Shown: positions 53,229 through 64,000 of the stretch, piece after piece | Layout of the letters: each line of letters begins with the position of its first letter | How positions within the stretch are numbered: the stretch's first letter is position 1 | NCBI GenBank assembly: GCA_963823555.1 | Contig: CAWGMA010000002.1 | Location: forward strand, 96,001 to 160,000 | Source: Candidatus Eiseniibacteriota bacterium | Lineage (GTDB): Bacteria; Eisenbacteria; RBG-16-71-46; CAVPCR01 | Length of the DNA: 64,000 nucleotides | Reading direction: 5' to 3' | Program-made: the position numbers and the translations under genes | The notes under the pieces: model-generated | Database searches by the model: none | Told to the model about the DNA's origin: nothing | The model's input: the letters and a program-made list of their open reading frames with translations, nothing else

Positions 53229-53687
53229 ATGGCCGAATTCACGATTCGCGTGGTCGAGTCCCAGCCGGTGATGAGTGTGCGCGCGCCGACGACGCTGGCC
53301 GAGCTGGGCACGGCGATTGCGGACCAGCTGAACGAGGTCGCCCAGTATCTCGATGAAGTGGGGGTCCGTGTCGTAGGGAAGCCGTTCACGCGTTATCACC
53401 ACGTGACGGAAGAAGTCATCGATCTCGAGGCCGGCTTGCCGGTCGCAGAAACATTCCGGGGTTCGGGCCGCGTGACAGGTGGTCTCCTTCCCGGGGGCGA
53501 GGTGGCGGTCGCGACGCATGAAGGTCCCTACGAGGGCCTCGTGGCCACCTCCCTGGCGCTCGCGGGGTGGATCGAGGCTCAAGGCCGGCGCCCCGCCGGT
53601 CCGCAGTGGGAGATCTACGCCATCGATGCCGGTGACGATCCTGATCCTGGAAGTTGGCGAACGGACATCGTGAGGCCTCTGGCTTGA
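53229..53687 (+). CDS. GyrI-like small-molecule-binding protein
   Basis: LPGG.VA..HEGPYEGL, WEIY..DP..WRT; upstream TTGACC-N17-CATCAT. Confidence 0.85.
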   Translation: MAEFTIRVVESQPVMSVRAPTTLAELGTAIADQLNEVAQYLDEVGVRVVGKPFTRYHHVTEEVIDLEAGLPVAETFRGSGRVTGGLLPGGEVAVATHEGPYEGLVATSLALAGWIEAQGRRPAGPQWEIYAIDAGDDPDPGSWRTDIVRPLA

Positions 53688-53711
53688 ATCCGGCCGGGGT
53701 GAGGAGGTGGC

Positions 53712-54258
53712 ATGCAGAAGGTCCTGCTCGGAGTTATCGGTGTCATCATCGCGGTGGTGTTGATCGGAGTGATCGTGCTCCTGGTCCTTGGCAGGAGGGA
53801 TGACGCGGGGCGCAACACGGCAGCGATCCAGATCGACCGGCCTCCTGCCCAGGTATTCCCGTGGATCACCGAGCCCGATCGTCTGAAGCAGTGGATCGGC
53901 GGACTGGTCGAGTCGACCCCGCTCACCGATGACGGGCTCGAGGTCGGCGCCCGTTCCCGTGAAGTGATCGCCATGGGCAACGAGCGCTACGAGATGGAGA
54001 CGACGATCGTCGATCTCGAGCCGCCGGTGCGTCTGGTCGTGGAGATCGATAGCAGCGGATTCAAGGCGGATGCGCGCTACGATCTGGTCGAGAGCGGAGG
54101 GGGGGACCTTCTTCTCCTACGCTTGTATCTCGCGCTACGAGCACCCCATGGCCAAGCTCATGGAGCCCTTGGTGACGCGCGCTGCCCAGAAGAAGATCGA
54201 GGGGGATCTGGCCAGACTCAAGGAGCTGGTCGAGTCGAGCCCCTGGGGTGGGTCGTAG
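53712..54258 (+). CDS. SRPBCC family protein with N-terminal TM; +1 frameshift in a G7 run (54099-54105)
   Basis: IQIDRPPAQVF..EPDRLKQW. Removing one G restores GGTFFSY..KLMEPLV..EGDLARLKELVES*. Confidence 0.8.
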
Positions 54259-54331
54259 CGAGAGCGGCTGGAACGGGCAAGGCCCCGAGTCCCCTCGGGG
54301 CCTTGTCGAATCCTCGGTCACGAATGCCCGC

Positions 54332-56542
<2,211 letters not shown>

Positions 56543-56681
56543 GAACCGTGTCCTCCGACGCGATGGGGTGAGACCAGGCAGGGATGCCCGGGGATCGGCT
56601 TCGAGTCCGCGGGCGGCGGCCGTGCGCGGATCCAGGGCTGAGACCAGCCCCGGAGTCCGTCTCACGGGACGCAAGGATCCG

Positions 56682-56710
56682 ATTCTTTATCGGCCCTCGA
56701 CGGCCGTCAA
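56682..56710 (-). promoter_or_regulatory. sigma70-like promoter for glnA
   Basis: Minus strand TTGACG-N17-AAGAAT. Confidence 0.45.
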
Positions 56711-56856
56711 TGCGGAAAAAGGACGCCGGGCCCGGTCGAGGGTGAGCGGGCCGCGATTCGCATCCACCCGTGAGATTGAACGTGCGGGGCGAGGTGGTCC
56801 CGCCCGGCCACCCCGCCCCGCGGGTGCCTGGATGGCGGCCCGGCACCCAGGCACCG

Positions 56857-59472
56857 TCATGGTTCGATCCTGAGCGTCACGACTTCTGAATCGACAGGCA
56901 ACCCGCCCACCTGGGCGACGGCGATGTGAACCATCCCCGCTCCCGGCAGCGAGTAACCGTGCCGCCCACCGATCTTGATCGAGACGGTGAGCGAGGCACC
57001 GGAAGCGAGTGTCCGCGTCCGGCCGCCCGCGGCCGGCCTCCCCTCTCCGCCGCTCGAGCGTCCGGTCTCCGTCTCCTGCCATGAGCCGTCGATGATGCGG
57101 AGGCGGATCTGGCCCGAATCCAGCGTGAGCTTGGCGGGAATGGTGATGGGTGCGCCGGAGATGTTGGTGAGTGTGATCCTGAGCGTGATCGTCTCGCCCT
57201 TGGTCGCGTGGTCCCGATCGGCGGCGATCGTGGCGCGCAGGGTGGCGCTGGACGCACCCGGACCGCACAGCGCGGTAGATCCCGCGGCATGTGGTGCCCC
57301 CCATTCCGCTCGCGGCTCGTTTCCAGCCGCCGGGGGCGGTGCCGCCCCGCCCGGCTTGGGCGTGGTCGCAATCACTCCTCCACGGAAGCCAGAGCCGAGC
57401 GACGCCACCTGCGACTTCAGTCCACCCCAGGCGCCGCTCTTCCCGGCATGGCCCGGAGCCTCATCGCCCTCTCCGAAAACACCCTCGTAGCTCACGCCCT
57501 CCGGCATCTCGACGGGAACGACGACCGTGCGCGGTACGCCGCCGGCCACCTCGATCCGTTCCTCCACGGCCACGAAGGAGGTGTAGGGGCTCATCAGCCG
57601 ATGGGCGAGCGCGATGCGAGTCACCTCCTCGCGCAGCTCGGGCCTCTCCCCGCCATATTGCTGCGCCATGAGCGCCTCGATGCGGGTCCGAGCCCACACC
57701 GAGCCCAGGGCCTCGCTCCGCGCGTCGGTGCGGGCCGGAAGATCGACGGTGAAGTTCCGCGCCCACGGCTTTCCCCCGAGCTTGCCGCGGAGGGTCACGA
57801 CCGCCTGGCCCGGTGCCGTGTAGCGGCCGACCAGCATCACTGCCTGACCGGCGAAGAGGTCGGGAATACGCTCGGGATAGACATCGGCGAGGGCGAGTTC
57901 ACCATCGCCGGTGAACTCGAGGTCGGTGAGCACCGGGTTCTTGACCCGGTCATAGAAGCGAGCCACGGCGCGGTGCGTGTCCTCGCCGAGGAGAACGTAG
58001 TCGACGCTGCCTCGCCCGATCTCGGCCATGCGATCGAGGAGGTAGCGGTTGACGGCGTTGCCGATGCCGAAGGCGAACAGCCGCGAGCCCCCGAGGCGCA
58101 TCTCGATGGCGGCCAGGATCTCGGCCTCGTTGCCGATGTAGCCGTCGGTCATGAACGAGACGATGCGGAGCCGTTCCGGGTCCGGCGGGAAGTCGAGCGC
58201 GGCCTTGATGCCCTCGATCATCATGGTGCCGCCCCCCCCGTTCAGCTGATCGATGAAGCGCAGGCCCTCCTTGAGGTTGTCGGGGGTCGCAGGGAGCGGG
58301 CGGGGGCCGAGGCCGCTCGCGCTCTCGGAGAAGCGGATGATCTGGAAGGAATCGCGCGGGTCGAGGTTCTTGAGCGCGTGCCGCATCGCCTGCTTGACCT
58401 TGGCGATGGGTTCTCCGGACATCGAGCCCGAGCAGTCGACGACGAAGACCATCTCCTTGGGCATGATGTCGGCTGCGCCGGGCCGGGCGGGAGGCACGAT
58501 CAGGGCGAGGAAGGTGCCGTCGCCGTCCTGGCGGTGGGTAAGGACGGCGATCTCCGGCTCCGCGCCGCTCAGCCGATAGCGGACGACGAGGTCCTTGTTG
58601 GGAATGGTGTCGGCCGGATGCAGGGTGATGACGGCGTGCTCCGGTCGCTTGCGCTCGATGTCGATGGCATGCGAGGGGCTCTCGAGCTCGCGAATGGGGA
58701 GCCCGGCCTCGATCGCGAGAGTGACCGCGATGTCGTGTCCCGAGCGCTCCTCGGGGCGCAGCACGGGCGGTGTGATCCGCGAGGCGTCGGGCACCTGATC
58801 GGTGTCGGGCGCCCAGCCGGGGCCGGAGACCGGCGCGATGAGTGGCATCGGGCGCTGCGCTGCGAGCGGCGGCCCCACGGGAGTTCCCGGGATGAAGCGC
58901 GGGCCCACAACCATCGGGAACACGAAGCGGTAGGCGCCCTCGTTCGGGACGAGCGTCTCCACATAGCGGATCGTGACCTCGATCTTGTTCCCCGGCAGGA
59001 TATTGGCGACCGACTGCGTGAAGATGTTGGGCCGCTCCTGGTCGAGGAGGCTGGCGACATGACCGCGGGTCCTGGCTTCCTCGTACATCCGGCGCGCCTC
59101 CTCCCGGCGCTCGATGCGACCGTGGATGGTGCGCGTGCCGACCTTCATCTCCATGTCGTCGACGGCGGCGCGATCGGGCAGGGGAAAGATGTAGATCGCC
59201 TCGATCTTGTCGGGGTATGGGTTGTCGTAGATCTGCGTCACGCGGACCCGGGCCACGATACCGTCGATGCGGGCGTCGACCGCCGTATGGGCGAGAGGGA
59301 ACCTCTGCCCGGCGCGGTCCCCGGTGCGGACGCAGAGCTCGCCCTGGCCGGGGTCGGAGGGATTCGCCGTGGTCGTGGTGGCCGCGGCCGGGATTGCCGA
59401 CGCGGCCAGGAGGACGAGAAGGATCCGGGTCGCGGTCCGGGCGGGCCGCTGCCGGTGATGGTGAGTGATCAT
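56857..59472 (-). CDS. secreted VIT + von Willebrand factor A domain protein
   Basis: EAIYIFPLP (VIT), DCSGSM (MIDAS), GGT, TDGY, SPYTSFVAVEE. Confidence 0.92.
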   Translation of the reverse strand: MITHHHRQRPARTATRILLVLLAASAIPAAATTTTANPSDPGQGELCVRTGDRAGQRFPLAHTAVDARIDGIVARVRVTQIYDNPYPDKIEAIYIFPLPDRAAVDDMEMKVGTRTIHGRIERREEARRMYEEARTRGHVASLLDQERPNIFTQSVANILPGNKIEVTIRYVETLVPNEGAYRFVFPMVVGPRFIPGTPVGPPLAAQRPMPLIAPVSGPGWAPDTDQVPDASRITPPVLRPEERSGHDIAVTLAIEAGLPIRELESPSHAIDIERKRPEHAVITLHPADTIPNKDLVVRYRLSGAEPEIAVLTHRQDGDGTFLALIVPPARPGAADIMPKEMVFVVDCSGSMSGEPIAKVKQAMRHALKNLDPRDSFQIIRFSESASGLGPRPLPATPDNLKEGLRFIDQLNGGGGTMMIEGIKAALDFPPDPERLRIVSFMTDGYIGNEAEILAAIEMRLGGSRLFAFGIGNAVNRYLLDRMAEIGRGSVDYVLLGEDTHRAVARFYDRVKNPVLTDLEFTGDGELALADVYPERIPDLFAGQAVMLVGRYTAPGQAVVTLRGKLGGKPWARNFTVDLPARTDARSEALGSVWARTRIEALMAQQYGGERPELREEVTRIALAHRLMSPYTSFVAVEERIEVAGGVPRTVVVPVEMPEGVSYEGVFGEGDEAPGHAGKSGAWGGLKSQVASLGSGFRGGVIATTPKPGGAAPPPAAGNEPRAEWGAPHAAGSTALCGPGASSATLRATIAADRDHATKGETITLRITLTNISGAPITIPAKLTLDSGQIRLRIIDGSWQETETGRSSGGEGRPAAGGRTRTLASGASLTVSIKIGGRHGYSLPGAGMVHIAVAQVGGLPVDSEVVTLRIEP

Positions 59473-59686
59473 GGCTCCACCTCGCTTGCGGAGAAGGTTG
59501 GGAATCTCCGAATCCGATCGTTCACCCTTCCCTTACGCGGTGGGCCGGCGCGTATTCCAGCTCCGGCTGGCCGGAAGCTGGCTGTGCGTAGTCGATTGTG
59601 TGACAACGATATAGAGCCCAACGCCCGACCCCGGCACGCCGCCGCAGCGAGATGCTAAGCTAGAGCTCTTCCTTGAACCCGAGGTC

Positions 59687-61702
59687 TTGCCCTTGCACCC
59701 ACTGCGATCCCTGATCATTCCGCTCCTGGTCGCCAGCCTCTCGCTCGCGGTGACAACCGGGGCTGCCCCGCCCCCCGAACCCGGGCCGGCGCTCGACGCC
59801 CCGCCCGGCGGCTTCTTCCGTCTCGCCTACTGCGGCAGCGGGCGGCGCGGGGATCCCGAGAGCCAGCTCAATGCCTTCGACTGGAGCGAGGCCGCGCGCG
59901 CGTTCGACCTCACGATCGTGCAGAGCACGGGCGGGGACTACCGGGACTTCGTGCAGAGCCTGGTTCGCCGGAACCCCGCGCACCGGGTGGTCTTCTATGT
60001 GCATGCCCACGGGCTCTATGCCTCGGATGACCGCGCCGGTCTCCTCAACCTCAGCGAGTCGAACTACGTGCACGCCACCGATCCCGCCTCGTTGCGCGTC
60101 ATCCCGACAGCCGAGGGGCTCCTCGTCGACTGGGAGCGCGACGAGCGGCAGTTCTACGACGAGTACGATCTGATCAGCGAGCTCCGCGAGTTCGGCGTCT
60201 TCGGCTATGTCGTGTACCGGGCGGTCGGCGATGGTGAATTCACGCGGGTCTGGCCCGAGCCGATCGCGGAGGACGACAGCACCGCCACGCTGCCGCCGGT
60301 CGCGATCACGCAGTATCTCGATCGCGATGTCGAGGGCGGGCAGCGCTATCGATATGTGGTGCAGACCGTGGGGCCCGTCTACCAGGAGTACCCGTTTTCC
60401 TGGCCGGTTGCGGCGGTGGCCGGATCGCCGCAACCAGTCCCCTTCGTTCACGAGCATCAGTCCGTGATCGAAGCCACTCCGGGCGCGAGCATGTATACGG
60501 GTCGTTTCCGCATCCGCGTGGAGACGCCGGAGACCAGGGCCAGGCTCCTGATCGACCGCAATGCCGATGGCGATTTCACCGACGCCGGCGAGCAAGTCGC
60601 CATGGATCCGGCACCCGAGGACTTTGTCGAGGCCGTCGTCCAACTCGACCCGCGGGCCCGGACCGATCGGGATTCGAACGCCGTTCTCGGCTTCGCCTAC
60701 CGGCTCGAGTTCGAGGCCGGCGGTGCGCGGTTGGTCCTGCCCGAACAGGGCGCCTACACGACGAGCATCAACAACCGCGTGCGCTCCTCGACCTATGGCT
60801 TCTACGTCATGCGCATGGGGACTCAGACCTGGATCGATCATCTCCTCAGGGCGCTCGACCTGGGGGCGCGGCGCGACGGTCTCGTGAGTGGAGTCTTCCT
60901 CGACGAGCTGGTGTTCAATCCGGCGATCGGAGTGGATGCCGTTCCGATCGACTGGTCGGGCGATGACGTCATGCAGGGAGCGACCGCGATCGTCCGGGCC
61001 ATCCGTCGCGAGCGATCGGAGCTCGCGATCTACATGAACGGGCTGCAGAGCCTCGTGTTCGACGCCTCGATCGAGCTCACCCCGCAGTCGGTCGCCGCCA
61101 TGGATAGCCTGGCAGCGGCCGGCATATCCGGAGGCATGATCGAGGGCTTCGCCGCCGCGCCGTGGCATGCCGCGCCCGGTGGATTGCCGTGGGTGGCGAC
61201 GCCTCGCGACTGGCAGGCGCAGCAGGTGATCGCGGAGACGGCACACGAGAAGGGGCTCGGGCTCCTCCTCCTGGCGCGCGCCCCATCGCGAGAGGACGCC
61301 CGGGTCCGGCTCTTCGCCTTCGCCTCGCATCTTCTTGTTCGCGGTCCGGGAGTCGAGTTCGGCTTCATGGTGGACCGCTGCCTGGCCTCCCCGCTCGCCG
61401 AGTGGGGAGTCGATCTCGGCGCGCCGCTCGAGCCGGCAAGGGCGAGCGGGGATCTCGCGCACGGACGTCGTTTCGAGCGCGGCGAGGTCTGGGTGAACCC
61501 ACACCCGGGCGACTCCGCCCGTGTCCGGGTCGGTGATGCGCGGCAACGTCTGGTCTTGACGGCCAGCGAGGAAGGACCCGGGAGCGTTACCTGGGAGCCG
61601 GTATCGGGCTCGATCACGCTCGAGCCCCAATCGGCGGCCATCCTGATGCGCGCCGATGCCGTCACCGAACCCGGATCGCAAACGCAGGGAGCTCAACCAT
61701 GA
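59687..61702 (+). CDS. secreted hypothetical protein, possible glycoside hydrolase-like catalytic domain
   Basis: Signal peptide; GVFLDE, GMIEGF, DLGAP..RRFERGEVWVNP; an FnIII-like insert (GYVVYR..YLD..YRYVV). Confidence 0.6.
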   Translation: MPLHPLRSLIIPLLVASLSLAVTTGAAPPPEPGPALDAPPGGFFRLAYCGSGRRGDPESQLNAFDWSEAARAFDLTIVQSTGGDYRDFVQSLVRRNPAHRVVFYVHAHGLYASDDRAGLLNLSESNYVHATDPASLRVIPTAEGLLVDWERDERQFYDEYDLISELREFGVFGYVVYRAVGDGEFTRVWPEPIAEDDSTATLPPVAITQYLDRDVEGGQRYRYVVQTVGPVYQEYPFSWPVAAVAGSPQPVPFVHEHQSVIEATPGASMYTGRFRIRVETPETRARLLIDRNADGDFTDAGEQVAMDPAPEDFVEAVVQLDPRARTDRDSNAVLGFAYRLEFEAGGARLVLPEQGAYTTSINNRVRSSTYGFYVMRMGTQTWIDHLLRALDLGARRDGLVSGVFLDELVFNPAIGVDAVPIDWSGDDVMQGATAIVRAIRRERSELAIYMNGLQSLVFDASIELTPQSVAAMDSLAAAGISGGMIEGFAAAPWHAAPGGLPWVATPRDWQAQQVIAETAHEKGLGLLLLARAPSREDARVRLFAFASHLLVRGPGVEFGFMVDRCLASPLAEWGVDLGAPLEPARASGDLAHGRRFERGEVWVNPHPGDSARVRVGDARQRLVLTASEEGPGSVTWEPVSGSITLEPQSAAILMRADAVTEPGSQTQGAQP

Positions 61703-62601
61703 AGGTGGCATCCGACTCGGTGATCGAGCTCGACTTCGCCGCGCACCTCCTCCCCGAGGACGAGGAAGTGGCCAGCACCCGCGAGCGTGGCGCTCTCCTC
61801 ATTTGCCTGGGGCGGTTCGAGCTCGCTCCGGGAGTCGAGCGCGCCCTGTTAGGCATGAGTGCTGGCGAGGAGAAGACGGTGGAGATCGGGCCCGAGGAGG
61901 GGTATGGACCGATCCGGCCCGAGAACATCCACCGCCGCCGGCGCAGCGACTTTCCGCCCGATGTCGTGCTCGAGCCGGGCATGCGCTTCGCGGCGCGCCT
62001 CAAGGACTCGGAGGGGAGGGTTGAGTTCGGCGTACGCGAGGTGAGCGGGGACGATGTGGTGATCGATTTCAATCATCCGTTCGCTGGCCGGCGGTTGAGG
62101 TATTCGTTGCTGGTGCGTAGCGTGCGCCAGCCAACGGCCGAGGAACGAGAAGAGACGCGACAGATCGCGGCGAGGAGGACGGCAGCGGTGCAGGAAGCTG
62201 AAAAGGAATCGAAGACGCCGCCCGCGGCGCCCGCGCCGCCAGCCCCGGCGGCGGCCCCGGCGGCGGCCCCGGCGGCGGAGGTCTCGGTCGAGGATGTGAT
62301 GCGCCTCGGGCTCCGCGTGGCCAGGATCCGCGAGGCATCCCGGGTGGAGGGAGCGGATCGCCTCCTGCGCCTGAGTGTCGATATCGGAACGGAGACGCGG
62401 ACCATTGTCGCCGGCATCGCCGCCAAGTACGCTCCCGAGAGTCTTGTCGGTCGCTCGATCATCCTCGTGGCCAACCTGAAGCCAGCCCGGATCCGCGGCG
62501 TCGAGTCGCGGGGCATGCTCTTGGCCGCGGTCGGCGAGGACGGCCTCCCGATCATCGCCACCTTCGACGAGGCGGTCCCGGCCGGGGCGCCGGTCCGCTG
62601 A
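61699..62601 (+). CDS. SlyD/FKBP-type PPIase domain fused through a Pro/Ala linker to a tRNA-binding (Trbp111/CsaA/MetG-C) OB fold
   Basis: PEEGYG, DFNHPFAG..L.Y; then LRVARI..GADRLL..DIG..RTIVAGI..NLKP..RGVESRGMLLA. Confidence 0.87.
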   Translation: MKVASDSVIELDFAAHLLPEDEEVASTRERGALLICLGRFELAPGVERALLGMSAGEEKTVEIGPEEGYGPIRPENIHRRRRSDFPPDVVLEPGMRFAARLKDSEGRVEFGVREVSGDDVVIDFNHPFAGRRLRYSLLVRSVRQPTAEEREETRQIAARRTAAVQEAEKESKTPPAAPAPPAPAAAPAAAPAAEVSVEDVMRLGLRVARIREASRVEGADRLLRLSVDIGTETRTIVAGIAAKYAPESLVGRSIILVANLKPARIRGVESRGMLLAAVGEDGLPIIATFDEAVPAGAPVR

Positions 62602-62623
62602 GCCCGATCCTGGGGAGATCACC

Positions 62624-63016
62624 TTGGACCACTCGCCCGGTTTTCTTGCGCTGGTCAATGCGGCGCGGCGCGGCGTCCGCGAGACGGATGTCCCTTCCAT
62701 CAAGAAGCAACTTGATGATGGTCATCGCTTCATTCTCATCGACATCCGGGAAGAGAGCGAATGGAGCAGCGGCCACCTTCCAGGGGCGATTCATCTCGGG
62801 AAGGGCATCATCGAGCGTGACATCGAACGGCTCATCCCCGACAAGGAAGCGTCCATCGTGCTCTACTGCGGCGGCGGGTTCCGTTCCGTGCTGACTGCCG
62901 AGAGCTTGCAGAAGATGGGCTACGCCCATGTCCTCTCCATGGATGGTGGGTGGCGGGAATGGGTCGAGAGGGGCTACCCGACGGCGAACGACCAGTCGGG
63001 GTCTCACCCCGGGTAG
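62624..63016 (+). CDS. rhodanese-like sulfurtransferase
   Basis: DIREESEW..GHLPGA, LYCGGGFRS, SMDGGW. Confidence 0.9.
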   Translation: MDHSPGFLALVNAARRGVRETDVPSIKKQLDDGHRFILIDIREESEWSSGHLPGAIHLGKGIIERDIERLIPDKEASIVLYCGGGFRSVLTAESLQKMGYAHVLSMDGGWREWVERGYPTANDQSGSHPG

Positions 63017-63126
63017 CGTTGGCAAGATCGACATGGTTGGTTATCATCCCATCGATGCGTGCCGTCAAGTCGATGCATCGACTGGCGAGGAACTCAATAC
63101 CCATACCAGAGCATTGAGGAGATGTC

Positions 63127-63504
63127 ATGGCACTCAAGGAGAAGTATCAAGACGTGTTGACCCTCGGTGAGCAGCTCCAGGTGAAGGCTGGTGACTGGAA
63201 GGAAGAGGGTGGCAAGCTCAAGATGAAGGGGACGACCACCCACCAGCTGCAGAAGGACCTGATCTGGGACCAGATCAAGAAGCACGCGGGCTGGGAGCAG
63301 GAGATCGAGGCCGACATCAAGATCGAGTCGAGCGATATCTACGGCGTGTGGGAGGTCAAGCCCGGTGATTCGCTGTCGAAGATCGCGAAGGTCGTCTACG
63401 ATGACGGCGCGAAGTACATGAAGATCTTCGAGGCCAACCGGAACATCCTCAAGGATCCCAACCTCATTCAACCGGGCCAGAAGCTGACGATCCCGAACCC
63501 CTAG
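63127..63504 (+). CDS. LysM peptidoglycan-binding protein
   Basis: VKPGDSLSKIAK..IFEANR..DPNLIQPGQKLTIP. Confidence 0.92.
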   Translation: MALKEKYQDVLTLGEQLQVKAGDWKEEGGKLKMKGTTTHQLQKDLIWDQIKKHAGWEQEIEADIKIESSDIYGVWEVKPGDSLSKIAKVVYDDGAKYMKIFEANRNILKDPNLIQPGQKLTIPNP

Positions 63505-63709
63505 GCGGCTCGGGTCCGGGACCTTCCCCCGCGACGACCTCGAGCTGTCCGACCGACTCGAAGAGCAAGACCGGGCCCGGACCCCGGCGATCGGCCGGAG
63601 TCCGGGCCTTGCCGTCTCCCAGGTCAAGGCGGCATGCGCCGCGACGGGTGCTACAATGAACGGGTCAGTCCCGGTTCGCCAGCTGGCTTCGCCCCGGGAG
63701 GGCACCTCC

Positions 63710-64000
63710 ATGCGACCCCTGCCTTGGTCTGCCATGCCCCCGTTCCTTGTCCTCTTCGTCTCTCTCCTCGCTGTAGCTTCCGCTCCCGCCAACACCATCC
63801 ATGTACCCGGCGACGCGCCGACGATCCAGGCCGGAATCGATCTCGCCGTGACGGGGGACGTCGTGCTCGTGGCCCCCGGGACCTACACGGGTACCGGCAA
63901 CAAGAACCTGGATTTCCGCGGCAGGGATATCGAGGTCCGCTCGGACGGCGGCGCCGATGTCACCATCATCGACTGCGAGGGATCGGGCCGCGGCTTCTTC
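63710..64000 (+). CDS. secreted pectin-lyase-fold (right-handed beta-helix) protein, partial
   Basis: Signal peptide, then TIHVPGDAPTIQAGID..GDVVLVAPGTY..LDFRG..TIIDC; runs off the window; upstream TGcTACAAT and GGGAGG. Confidence 0.8.
   Translation, partial: MRPLPWSAMPPFLVLFVSLLAVASAPANTIHVPGDAPTIQAGIDLAVTGDVVLVAPGTYTGTGNKNLDFRGRDIEVRSDGGADVTIIDCEGSGRGFF

Noticed and set aside
57208..59658. 816-aa plus-strand ORF and similar long overlapping ORFs (51059-52894, 59660-61711, 41798-43456)
   Set aside because: These are antisense shadows of well-supported genes, which is typical of high-GC codon bias.
62215..62280. GCCCCGGCGGCG repeats
   Set aside because: They encode the Pro/Ala linker of the FKBP fusion protein.

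Overview
A 64 kb stretch of a high-GC, diderm bacterial chromosome. Secreted proteins with FlgD-like C-terminal domains and a C-terminal 'PVxVExxTWGxIK' tail suggest an FCB-related candidate lineage such as Eisenbacteria or Krumholzibacteria (inference only). The content is mostly housekeeping and envelope genes: a STAS-MlaE/MlaF/MlaD/PqiC operon, GT4, radical SAM, nitrilase, an NtrC-type activator, rpiB, Fpg, groES-groEL, aqpZ, LemA-TPM-TPM, zwf-opcA-glk, a FAD/Fe-S oxidoreductase, glnA type III, VIT-vWA, rhodanese and LysM. I found no rRNA, tRNA, CRISPR array or mobile element. Several conserved genes (cysteine synthase, groEL, glnA III, the FAD oxidoreductase, SRPBCC) carry small indels, most likely long-read consensus errors. 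The best leads are: (1) a hidden secreted selenoprotein (signal peptide, in-frame UGA in a U-G-V-C thioredoxin/Omp28-like motif, SECIS-like hairpin, FlgD-like tail) at 42902-43969, which the ORF track truncates; (2) three tandem paralogous secreted proteins sharing a short C-terminal 'TWGx(I/V)K' tail that looks like an uncharacterised sorting signal; (3) a DedA/VTT-LolA fusion downstream of a radical SAM gene; (4) an SlyD/FKBP-tRNA-binding-domain fusion; (5) a secreted protein with an NPP1-like GHxHDxE motif and a beta-barrel-like C-terminus; (6) several leaderless transcripts, a sigma54-type groES promoter and an unannotated 51-aa membrane peptide.
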